From the NCBI RefSeq assembly GCF_009914755.1, contig NC_060927.1: DNA of 64,000 nucleotides; one strand, written 5' to 3'. This document shows, one piece after another, positions 41,320 to 53,578 of the stretch. Made by a program: the position numbers and the translations under genes. Origin of the DNA: the human T2T-CHM13v2.0 reference genome, Homo sapiens. Under the pieces are notes generated by a model, which saw only the letters and a program-made list of their open reading frames with translations, ran no database searches and was not told the DNA's origin. Position 1 is the first letter of the stretch. Each line of letters starts with the position of its first letter.

Positions 41320-42514
41320 ATATCTATTCTCGAGAATGATCCACATGCTAAAGAGAAGAATATGTATTGTGTAGCCATTGAATAAAATTTTCTGTAAATA
41401 TCTATTAGGTCAATTTGGTCTACAGTACAGATTAAGTCCAATGTTTCTTCTTTGATTATCTGTCTGAATGATCTGTCCAGTGCTGAAAGTGGGTGTTGAA
41501 GTCTCCAGCTATTATTGTATTGAGATGTATTTCTGCCTTTATCTCTATTAATATTTGCAGTATATATCTGGGTGCTCCACTATCGGATATATATGCTTTA
41601 AATTATTATATGTTCTTGCTGAATCGACCCCTTTATCATTATATAATGTATATGTTGCCTTGTTTGTTGTTTTTTGTCTTGAAGTGTATTTTGTCTGATA
41701 TAAGAATAGCTACTCCTACTCTTTTTTAGTTTCCATTGGCATGGAATATCTTATTCCATCCCATTATTTTCAGGCTCTGTGTGTCTTTGTATGTAAAGTA
41801 TGCTTCTAGCAGGCAAAAAGTCATTGAGTCTTTTTTTTTCTTATCTGTTCAGCCACTCTATGTGTTTTGATTGGAGAGTTTAGTTCATTTACGTTCAATG
41901 TTATTATTGATAAGTAGGGATTTACTCTTGCCATTTTATATTTGCTTTCTTTGTCTTCTCAAACTTCTTTCCTTCCTTCCTGTTTTTCTTTTCATTAAGG
42001 CAATTTCTCTGATGGTATGTTTTCATTTATTTCTTTTTATTTTTTGTGTATCTGTTGTATGTATTTTGATTTGAGCTTACGATGAGGCTTGCAAATAATA
42101 TCTTATAAGCCATTATAAAAAACTGATGACAACACTGATTACATAAACAAACTAGCAAACAAGCAAGTAGAAAACTAACAGAAGCTCTACACTTTAACTT
42201 TGTCTTCCTGCTTTTTACTTTGTTTCTTTTAATATCTCATTGCATGGTTTATGTCTTGAAAAGTTGTAGTTATTATTTTTGATCAATTTGTCCTTTAGAT
42301 CTACTTAAGACATGAATCATTTACACAGCATGATTACAGTGTTATAATATTCTGTGTTCTTCTGGGTATTTACTATTACCAGTGAGCTTTGTACCTGCAG
42401 ATGATTTCTTATTGTTCGTTAATGTATTTTTCTTTCAGATTGAATAATTCCCTTGAGCATTTCTTGCAGGACAGGTCTTGTGTTGATAAAATCTCTCAGC
42501 TTTTGTTTGTTTGA

Positions 42515-42890
42515 TGATATGGTTTGGGACTGTGTCCTCACCCAAATCTCATGTCAAATTGCAGTCCCCTCTTTTGGAGGTGGGGCCTGGTGGGTGGCAA
42601 TTGGATCACGGGAGCAGATTTCCCCACTGGTAATGTGTCACAATAGTGAGTGAGTTCTTGTGACATCTGGTGGTTTAAAGTATGAGGCACCTTCCCACTC
42701 TCTCTTGCTCCTGCTCTGCTTCCAGTTTGTCTTGTGCCATGAGTAAAAGCTCCCTGAGGCAGTCCCAGAAGCAAATGCTGCCATATTTCTTATACAGTCT
42801 GTGGCACTGTAAACCAATTAGACCTCTTTTCTTTATAAATTACCCAGTGCCAGATTTTTTTTTATAGCTGTGCAAGAATGGACTAATACA
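42515..42890 (+). mobile_element. MSTA solo LTR
   Basis: tgatatggtttgg..cacccaaatctcatg..ctttataaattacccag..ggactaataca; TG..CA ends. Confidence 0.88.
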
Positions 42891-45800
42891 TCTGGGAAAG
42901 TCTTTATTTCTCCTTTATGTTTGAAGAATATTTCCACCAGATATTATAGTGTAAAAGTTTTCTTTCTTCAGCACTTTCAATATGTCATGCCACTCTCTCC
43001 TGGTCTGTAAGGCTTCCACTGAAAAGTCTACTGTCAGATGTATTGGACTTTCATTATATGTTATTGACTTCTTTTCTCTTTTTGCTTTTAAAATTATTTC
43101 CTTATCCTTGACCTTTGGGAGTTTGAGTTTTAAATGTCTTAAGATAGTCTTCTTTTGTTAAAACCTGCTTGGTGTTCTATAACCTTCTCGTACTTGAATG
43201 TTGGTATCTTTCTCTAAGTTTGGGAAGTTTCTTGTTATTATCTCTTGAACAAACTTTATACCTCCATCTCTCTCTCTACCTCAGCTGCCAATGTCATGGA
43301 TCACACCTGAAGCCAGGAAGTCTCAGTGTCCCACCCAAGGCCCATCATGAATATACCTGGTTACCGCTGCTGATGATTCGGGGTTCATAAGTTCTTTAGT
43401 CAACAGGTGATGAATGCTGCCAGGTCTGGGTCCTCCCCTTCAAGGCAGTGGGTTTTCTTCTGGCCCACAGTGAGTCTAGGTTTGTGTCCTGGGAGCAAAT
43501 ACCTGGAATGAAGGCCTCCCACCTCTGCCTGGTGCCCTATCCTACTATGGCTGAGCTGGTATACAAGTTGCAAGACAAAGTTCTTATTACCCTTCTCTCT
43601 CCTCTTCTCAGGCAGAAGGAAGAATTATCTCCTGGAACTGTGAGCTGTGCTGCCTGGGGTTGAGGAAGGGGTGGCACAAGTACTGCCTGTGGCCCCAGCT
43701 GGTCTACTGATTCCAAGCCCTACAAATTATACTTCTGGCCTTATATTTTTAGTTCTAAAACAAAAATACAAAAAGTAGACATTCTAAATTTAATTATATA
43801 AATGCACAATAATGTATTATTGCAACATAATTATCATAAGAGCTATGGTATTTCAGAGGGCCAACAGTGCTCCCATTTTGGCATTTAGGATACTTAAACT
43901 GAATTTCTAAATGGAAGAAAGGAGTTAAAATCTGATTTTCTGGTCTTTCTTGTAGGTTCAGATAGGTGAGAAACTTTGAACCTTTTTGAACCTTTCTTGA
44001 CACATTAACTAAAGCAATTGTTAAGAGGATACCTACAACAGACACAAATAAAATAGAATCTAGTGAAGAACTCTGACTGTATTGGTACAGTAATCAGATC
44101 ACCTGTATCTAATTACTGTGTTTGCATGTTAAATGATATATTACTGGTATTTATGAGAATCAGTCGCTTCGAGAATGGGAACAAATCTTGTACTCCAGGG
44201 GGTGGGATAGGGAATGATCAGTTATGCTGAAAGGATCCAAGAGCTGATGGCTTCTCTGAAACTTAATGGCTTGTAGCAATTCAGCCTTATCTCTTTTGAT
44301 TGTACATGACCAAACTGTGGAGAGACTTAGACATCAGAAGTTGTGTCTAATGGTCGTGAAGTCACTGCTAAGTAAAGTAAGTTGTGTCTGAGGTCACGAG
44401 CTAAGTAAATTTGGTGCTGAGTGTTATCTCATACATATGGTGTCAGTCTGAAATCAAGATCACTATTCCTGCCAAAACAGAGTGGACAATCAATAAAATT
44501 TTCATAAAATGGAGAATGCCGTTAATTGACCATTTTGCTCAGAGACTTGCTAAAACAATTTATAGATAAAAGTTGTGCCACACTACACCTTTTTAAAAGC
44601 ATGAGAATAAATATGCAGTTTAATATTTCAGTTTAATTTGAAATTTACTGGATAAAAATATATTTTAAGTAATAAAAGGAATGAAAAAATTTATTGAACT
44701 CTATGGTTCAAATATTTAAATATTCTCAACAAACACAATACACTTGATAATGTTTCATTCCACTGAAATTTCAGTTTTTAAAATAATTTTATAAACACTG
44801 TTGTTCTAAAGGTTAATAGTTAGGAAAATAATTCTAAGACATGACATTTATTCTTTAGGCACTAGTTCCAGGAAGATGTTTGTAGATGAAATAGAAATAA
44901 CTATTAAAAACATGCCATAACGAAAATGTGAAATTTATTATCATATCTATTCTTCCACTGGCAGTTGCTTTTACTCCATTGTTGAAGAAAATTATTTCCT
45001 TCTTTGCTCTGCTCTTACTTTACCCTAAATATCTTTGCAATCAGGCATATGATTGACAGAAAGTGAATTTGAAAAGTTGCAGTAACATCAAAAAAGAGAA
45101 ATGCAAAATATGCTTCTGAAAATAAATATCATTTATTAAAACACATCATATTGGTTTAAAACCTCAAATTTTTAAAGCACATGAGAGAAAGGGGATAGTG
45201 ATAAAATCTATGTATGAATAGAACATGAGACAATATTTATCCATTCATTTCCTTTCCTTATCAAATATTTAGGGGCAATAACTGTGCCATGTATTGATAA
45301 TCCCTATGATTTTAATGTGGTATTAAGAATATTAAATAGATATGGTGAGCAATTAAAAATTAGTGTATATAGGTTCTGGTGTTATCTGTCAATCTCTATG
45401 TTGTCTGATGTGTTGCCAGGTATGTTTTTCTGTGTGTGTATTTTATTTACATGTTAGCTATAACTGATCTCAGGAAAATGAAGATCACAGTATAAGGTAT
45501 TCTCTTCTCTTCATTAAGTGTCTGTAACCTTTTGCACAAGATATAATTAACTTAGAAAAAAGATATAATTAACTTAACAACATCTTGGCCATATCTGAAA
45601 AAATTTAAGGCAATTTTCTGCAAAAAGTTTGAGAGGAAAAACACACATTGATCAGTACTAAGTAGTAAAAATTTATTGCAATGTTGTCAGTTGCCTTATT
45701 CTAGATCAATACAAATCCCACCAAAAGCTTCCTAAATGCAATAAGAATTTGACAAGGCCCTTTTGTCACAGATTAGTGTTAAAGCAATGAAAGAGCCCCC

Positions 45801-47499
45801 AAGGAAAATCCTCTTTCTGGCTGAAATGCCAACTGTATTCTGTTTCTGAAGTGTTGTGTGCATGTATGACATCTTTATTGATATTGTGGATGTCTGAAAA
45901 GAAAGAAGAGCTTAAACATTTTGTGCACTGGGTAATGTAAATGAGAATATAACCTGAAAATTTAAATTTAAATTCATTGTTTCTATCAAAAATCCACTGT
46001 TTGATGCATGTTATATTGCTGAGCAGAATTAGATTAGAGAAGCACAATCTCAATTAAGTTCTGCCACATTTTTACACTATTCCATCATATCAATTTTAAA
46101 TTAATAAAAAACATAATGTAATATTTTCAATAAGACGTAAGAATCATTTAGCAAAGCATTTTTTTTTCCTGAGAAGGAAAAATGTTGTAAATTGAATGTA
46201 ATTTTAATTTAGGTTTCACCCAAGAAAGCAACCACATAAAATAGTAGAATCTAATTTGGAACTGCAGAAGCAGTTCTCAGGCGCTTGAGACAAGCCGCAT
46301 TTCATGAATTCTGATAATACCAGAATTTAGTCATCTTGGCAGTATTGTAACATCAGTTTGCATAAGTAAATCCACTGAGGCTTGCTTGTTTTGGTACATG
46401 CTTCTTTTGGCACTTTCAATTATTTGGACAGAGAAAGCACATGCATCTTTCATGATATTTATATGAATTTAATTTTATGAAATGTATCAGTTTAACCATA
46501 TAGAGATTATCTTTTCAAACAGAAGAAAAAATTGATTTGGGAAATGTACTTTCACTTAATTATTTTAGTGCCTTTTTTTTTTTTACTAGTCAGATAAACT
46601 CAATTATGCTTTTGATGCTGGACTTGCTTTTTATTCTTTGTCTCTTCTCTATATTCTTGCCTTTCCAATCTCAAACAATGTCCCTTTTTAGTGTAGCTAT
46701 GTAGCTCTATTTACTACAATTTCTATCTATTGAAGTAATTGGTCTGATTTTTAAAATTATATTAATATTAGTAGGTAATGGAAATTCACAGTAGTATATA
46801 ATATTGTTTTAGAAATCAGATTATATAAATTCAGAATGTATCTGATAATCATTAGAAAGACACACATACATAATAAATACATTATAAAAATATAGGTATA
46901 GAAAAATATGTATAGAAAAATTACATATGTATATTTTATTCTGTATATATACTGAATATAATACAGAATAAAATGTGAGGTGAGCCTAGGCCAGTGCCAG
47001 TCTAAGCACAGTGATGTCATTCTATTTATAACTACCGTTATTTGAAGTTAATTTTTGAAGTTCACTTAATGCATACTGCCACCTCACAAGAAGTTCCAGC
47101 GTTAAAATAAGCATAACAATATGGGGATTGCGTAACAATATATTCTGCAAATAATTTAAAATAGTTTCTTAGCTTAGTTGCAATTCTTAGCTCCAAGGAA
47201 AAGACCTGAAGGGCTACCTTGAATTATTAATTGAGATGTGGAGCAACACAATGCAGAGCAGTGGAGTGGTTTAGATTATTAGTAATGAAAAGAGGACCTA
47301 GCCTTATAGTCTGATGGAGTTTAAAAGCCATTATTGTTGTCATTTTCTGCATTATGGACTCCAGTGTAAATATAAAGGCACATATGATTAATTACACAGA
47401 AAAGCCTGTTCCTACATAGGGCTGTCACCTGTATCAAAGCTTTAGAACATACTTATATGTAAACATTTGAGAATTGTTAAAGGACATCTAATGATATGA

Positions 47500-47620
47500 A
47501 AGGAATGTGGCTTTGTGAAGAAAGTATATCAGGCTTCAAACATAGGCTCTGCAACTGACTAAGCTCTGTGCCTTCATGAAATTTACTTCAGCTCTTTGGC
47601 TCCAGGTACCTGACCATAAA
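47500..47620 (+). mobile_element. MIR fragment
   Basis: ttcaaacataggctctgcaactgactaagctctgtgcctt..aatttacttcagctct. Confidence 0.55.
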
Positions 47621-47935
47621 AAAAGGTGGGGGGAGCATAAGTCATGACATACATTTCTGAGTTTTATGCCTTAGAGCCTTCATACTCTCTGTTTGCAACT
47701 AGAGAAATAGCATTTTTATGCGAGTCCTTCATCCACTGTCATAATAAGTACAGTCCCCGCTATCACATTTATTTCTTTTTTTTTGTTCTGCCCATGAGGC
47801 TTTATTTTTCTTGTCTCTCCTTCTGGCCACTAATTCCTAATCACTGGGTTTTGTGACTATATCTTCCTGAGCTGGTCCCCTAAATGCACTCCATGGCAAA
47901 ACCTGATAGACTTCCCCAATCCCAAATCTTCAGAC

Positions 47936-48102
47936 CAGGGCTCAAATTGAAGCCTATGTTGGAACATGGCCATGCCTATTAGTTTATGCCATGTCTATAG
48001 CTGTGATCACCACAAAGGCAGAGATGGTGACAGAGACCTTATGACCCTAAAGGCCTAAAATGGTTACTATCTTGCTTTTGACAGAAAGAGGTAAAGACCT
48101 CT
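47936..48102 (+). mobile_element. MER58A-like hAT element (internally deleted)
   Basis: ttggaacatggccatgcc..tgtctatagctg..aaggcagag..tgacagagacc..gcctaaaatggttactatct..acagaaa..gacctctg. Confidence 0.75.
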
Positions 48103-49443
48103 GAAAGAAAGACCTCTGCTCTAGTCAATACAGTGGCGGTCTGCTTTTATCATGAGTTATTTCATGTCCAGTTCATCTTTCTGGAATACGGAAGATGGAT
48201 TTAAACACTCCATTCTGTCCTGCAACTATAGTGCCTCTGCTTTCATAATAGACATTAAAAAATCATTCAGTAAACAGATCAGAGCACTAACCTTTTTTAA
48301 AAAAAAGCTTTTAATTGATCAAATTAAACATAATCTCCAAGATGTTTTTGACATTAAACTTAACATTTTGCTTCCTTATCCTAAAATAGTCTTTAAATGG
48401 TATTACAACAAGAACATATATACTAGGCATTAGAGCACATTTTAATTTCTAATGGTGAATTTTGTGTCCTTCTAAAATCATTCACAGATTGTAATTACCT
48501 TCAATCTCAATTTTCCAAAGACCTGGATTCCCAACTCAGGTGGAGAAATCTTTAGCTAATAACCCTTTTTCCTTAAGATATTTATGTTTCTTGCACTTCA
48601 CATGTACTTAATTTTGAAAAACAAAACAAAAAGTGCTGCAGTTTCTATTTTTATAAATATAGCACCTTTTGTGACTACTAAAACTGGTGTAAGAATCATT
48701 AAATAGATACTTTTATTCATTGAGCTATGATGCTCCTTTGGCTGTGCACATGGAATAAATCAGGCTGAGCAGTCATACTCTCCCTAAGGGCCTCCAATTG
48801 GGCTGAAATATCTTTCTGCCTGAAGTCATATGGTTTGGAACCTAATCAAAATGTGTGGATTAGGATTCTTGAGCGTTTTTGACAGTCTAGGGAACAGATA
48901 GAAATGAAAAACTGAGTCTCTGGGTAATTTTTATGTCAATGCTTTTTGCAAATACTGACAATACTGAAAGGGGACATAGCTCATTTTAATTTCCACTAAA
49001 TCAAGTATGGCTTCTATACACCATCTCTGCGTTTCCGAATGGATATTTTGTAACAGCTTTCAGAAGTTAGCCTTAGAGATAGAAAGAACAAAGGAACATG
49101 TTGAATTTTATTTCACAAAACATTGAAAACATTGTCTTTGGAGATGGCTTCTGTGACTGCCCTCCTTACAATACTACTTTAAACATTGTACATCCTGCTT
49201 GTCCTCAGGTACATACTATTTCTTTATTCCTTCTGAGGATATGAAAACATGCTTTTCACAAAAGAGACTAACACATTTCTAAACAATAGTAATAAGACCT
49301 TTCATTATTAGATACAACAAAGATTTAGAGCATCTGTGGATGATAAATATGGCATCTTACATAGTAAGCATTCTTTCTCAAAACACCATTAATTTGATTA
49401 TCTTTTGCTTTGTAGCAAACACCCAAAACTCAGTTAAAACATC

Positions 49444-49730
49444 TTTTCTTATGAGACAGAGTCTCACTCTGTTGCATAGGCTGGAGTGCAATAGTGGGAT
49501 CTTGGCTCACTACAACCTCTGCATCCTGGGTTCAAGCAATTCTCATCCTCAGCAACCTGAGTAGCTGGGGTACAGGCATGTACCACCATGCCCAGCCAAT
49601 TTTTGCAATTTAATAGAGTTGGGTTTTTGCCATGTTGGCCAGGCTGATCTCAAACTCCTGACCTCAAGTGATCCACCTGCTTCAGCCTCCCAAAGTGCTG
49701 GGATTATAGGCGTGAGCCACTTTGCCAGCC
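49444..49730 (-). mobile_element. AluSz/Sx-type
   Basis: Full dimer, ctcctgacctcaagtgatcc, short decayed tail. Confidence 0.88.
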
Positions 49731-49739
49731 TAAAAACAT

Positions 49740-50312
49740 CAGATATCTTTTTTATAACTTATTTAGTGTTATGCATCTGAAATTTGGACTGGGTACAACA
49801 GGGAGGCTTGTCTTGCCTCCGTGATACCTTCCCTGGGTCCTAAGCTGGGGCTATTCATTAGGTTGTGAGGATTTGAAATGGTTTGACTGTGTTCTAAGTT
49901 TAGGGCTTCAGTTCTGTCTGTCATTGAGAACCTTGGTTCCTCTCTACATGCTGTCTGCTAAGGCACTGGTTGGTTCAGGAATCTCTCTCAGTGTTCAAGC
50001 CTCTCCGCATGGCTAACTTGGGCTTCCTCACCACGTGGCGTTCTCAGGATAGCCAGACTTTTCACACACAACTGGCTTCTCCCTGACTCTTCCAAGAGTA
50101 GGAGGTGGTCACCACAAAGCTTTTTTCATCTGAATGTTCATCTGGATATTCAGTCTCTGAAGTCACAGAGGACACTTTTATGCACTGTAGATCAAGCAAT
50201 GTGCTAAGAACAGGCAAAATCCAGGGAGAAGGGGATATAATGGCAGGAACAGAATGCACAGGCATAGTGGAAAGGAAATAATGATTATTGAGAATGGCCA
50301 CTTTGGAGCCCA
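49740..50312 (-). mobile_element. Old MLT1 (G/H-like) LTR
   Basis: ctgaaatttggactggg..ggctaacttgggcttcctca..tctcaggatagccagactt..gaagtcacag..ccagggagaagggga. Confidence 0.65.
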
Positions 50313-51605
50313 ATGAGACAGAATATTAGAGGATGTGATTCCCTGAGTACTTTGCTTCTATTCTCACCTTTGTCGCTTATCTAATGACAATAATATGAAG
50401 ATGGGCAAAGAACACTGGATTTAACATGAGGGAGCCCTAAATTGCATTTGCTAGCTATGTGGATTGGCATACCTCACATTACCTCTTTGATCTTCACTTC
50501 CTCCCTTGAATATGGAAACCATACGGCATATGGTTGATACTCTCTAAACTGGAACTGCCAGGATTTCTTTCTTAGGTTTAATGTCATTGTTCTCTTTTCA
50601 TCAAAACATAATTAAAATGAACCTTGTTGTTATTGCCATTCTCACATAATACTATTTGTTGTCTCTTTGCTTTTCTCCCGGCCCAAGTTGTAATACTGTC
50701 AGAAACAAGGGTTACAAACTTGGACTTCTTATTGTATTTGTAACCAAAGGAAGTCTTTCTATGTATGGCTTAGAGGTGTTAAAGACTAGATTATTGAAGA
50801 ATCCTTATGTTACTTGATGAATTAAAAGAAGATTTGTAGCCTCGGTCAATGAAAGACATGTAGCCCAATACCGAATAACATATGCTATGTGCTGTTATGC
50901 CACTTGTACATCATAAAACACATAGTGGGGATCAGTCACACTAAAAAGAGAGCTTTCAGAAGCCAGAGCAAAACAGGTAACAGATGTTCCAGTCAGATGC
51001 TCGAACTAAAATATGTATTATCACTGGCATCTGAGGCAGAAATAAATGGGATTTATTCCCTACGTAGGTTTTTCATTACTCTGCATTCAGAAGAGTATTA
51101 TAGTTAATTTCGTATCTCTTATTCAAAGTGAGTGGTGTTATTCCTGAGAGTATCAATGTTATATGGTGAATTGTGTTGTAAAAATATTACTTACTATTAC
51201 TGAATTTGACTGTGTATAAAGCCCTGTGTAAATTAATACAGAACTCTATATTTTTATACCTGACTTATTGTTTACTAAAAATACTATAAAGGGTATAATT
51301 TTTAAAATAAGTTGTTTTAGTTATTTACTTTTTAAGATAAATTAACATATTTGAAAATATCTGGCAAAAAAGTCACATAACAGATGTTTATTAAATGTTG
51401 CAAATCTCATTGTAACATATTGGTGACTTATCAGATGCAGTGATTTCAGTTATTGGTGGATTACATTTAGTTGCTACTGGGTGTATTTCTGAAAGCTTAG
51501 CTTTTTTCTTCACTTACATATTTCTAAGTTTGCATATGTAAAACTCATAAAGACACAGAGAAAAATTATAAAAGAAAGAATGAAAATTAAAAACAATGAG
51601 TATAT

Positions 51606-53578
51606 CGGCTCTCTGTGCCACAGCCTAGGGATCCATCCGATCAATCCACAGGGGAACAAAAAGGATTGCTCCAGAGCAGCCCCTGACTCCCTTCCCTGGA
51701 GGGATGGAGGGCAAGAGCTTTGACAAATGACTTTCATGCTGGCCATTTGAGCTTTGAGTAGACCATGGTTCTGGGAGAGGGGCAACTGCCACCTCTGGGT
51801 CCCCAGGGTCCCTGCTGCATGCCTGGGGTCAAGCTGTGCTCTATCTCCTTCCCACTGGCCTCTAGGGTATGGATTCCGGATTTATGTCTAGCGTCCAAGA
51901 CTTTGAAAAGATATTACGGCTAGATTTGTATTAGTTGCCTTGGGAAATCATGAGCCTCCAACATCAAATAGCACAGTCAGTGGCCATTTACTACCTAATC
52001 ACAGTCTAACTTCTCCAAGTCAAGTCAACCTGTCTGCAGATACAGTACCAGTGTTCTCTTATTCTAGCAGTAAAGATGACTTCTACGATGCTGGTGAATT
52101 CTCCAAAAGTGGTTCATTCTCAAAGTACTTTAATAGAATCTTCTTGATCCTTCTTAGTCTTGACACAAAGTAGCTCTGGAAGTAGTCTAAAGTGCCTACT
52201 TACCACAGAATCATTTAATTACTTCATATCCAGTGGAACAAGTGATGCTCATCTTTTTGATTTACATGGTGATAGAGAGGATGTTGCAGAGGCAGTCAGC
52301 AGAGGAGCATAAGAGCATTATCATGAATGTCTTGTCATGGGTTAGACTTGGAATGAATCTTACTAAGATAGAATGAAAATAGTTCTTCAAACATTTATTC
52401 TCGAGAGATCTCTTAGAAATGTATGCAGACTTTTTTTTTGCATCTGTTTTTGAACATTAGTGATGAGAAGGGTCCTAGTGAGTGAATGGTTTAGGTTATA
52501 AAATGGTACCTCTCAGCCTTTCATGCAAGAAAAAAAAAAAAAGAATTGGTTGCCAAAATGTCATACAACACCATTTTCAGTGAGATGTTTTAGTATCACT
52601 AGATATTACCTAATGATATTGAAGATAACACAGAGCTAGTTTCAGAAGCACCAGTTGCCTAGGTCTCCAAAAATAGTGTAACATTCATGGCTTAGCAGGT
52701 TTCCCATCATGCATCCATTGCAGCCTTTTATTCTGAGTGTTTTAACAAGAAGATACAATTTGATGCTCATATCTGGAACAAATAAAAATTCCATGGGATG
52801 TCAATTGAGGTGCACAGCTAGGGCAAGGCTATGTCTTCTGTCTAGAATATGATGAGCACTACACTTTCACATTCCCCTGTGGTTATGGAAGGTTTATCCT
52901 CACAGTGCCCTGTGGGGAATTAGGGAGAGAATGCAACATTAAATGTTTCAAACTGGGCTATAGCGTCTTCTACACTTTCTGTGGGGGCAAGAAGCACAGA
53001 ATTATCCCTGACATTTTTTCTCCAAATGACAAGAAGTCTTTTTGCTCAATTGAAGGGAAATGGAATGATGTAATGCATGCCCAGTATGCAAAAAGGGGAA
53101 AACACCGCCTTTGTTGATATCATGAAGTTGCTTATAATCAAGAAGAAAGTGAGGAAATTGAAAGAACAGAATGAGGATAAATCCAGCTGCCTTTGGAAAG
53201 ATGTCATTCAACTTAAGAATCAGAGACTTTGCTGTGTCAACTGAGGCAAAGCACAGACTTGCAGAAAGGCAAAGAGCAGAAGCCTGAGAAAGGAAGGAAC
53301 AGAAAATTCAATGGGGACAAGGTATTTCACGAAGACGGAGAATGCTGGGTCTACTATGAACCATTGCAGAAAGATTTTTGTGCTGCCAAGCATTAGGTTG
53401 AGAAGTATAAAGTTTACAACTGAAGACCAGGTCAGTAAGCCTAATAAACAACAATCAATCTTGCTTTGAGAGAACTTATTCAGTCCCTACTTATTGTAGC
53501 GGCTTCTATCTCAGGGATAGTGGACTTTCCAATGCACATGGACAGTTCATTTGGGAAAAGCTTTCTTTTATTCCTCCA
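51606..53578 (+). pseudogene. OSBPL9P: Processed pseudogene of OSBPL9 (oxysterol-binding protein-like 9, ORP9)
   Basis: Intronless translation matches ORP9 as I recall it: [15 protein letters not shown] (51866-), [33 protein letters not shown] (FFAT-like), KWYLSAFHA, *QVSHH (ORD signature EQVSHHPP with a stop at 52693), [25 protein letters not shown], and C-terminal HEDGECWVY.EPL..AAKH* ending at 53396, then about 180 nt of 3' UTR. TSD aaaaacaatgagtatat / aaaaaaagtgagtacat. Multiple stops and frameshifts. Which numbered pseudogene it is cannot be determined here. Confidence 0.93.

Noticed and set aside
43790-47400. Possible exons of a host gene in the long repeat-poor stretch
   Set aside because: No ORF with recognisable protein similarity and no convincing acceptor-donor pair; cannot be supported without transcript data.
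51940-53211. Functional OSBPL9-like gene or retrogene
   Set aside because: In-frame stops (including in the EQVSHHPP signature), frameshifts, homopolymer expansions and an internal gap; only 70-77 aa fragments stay open.
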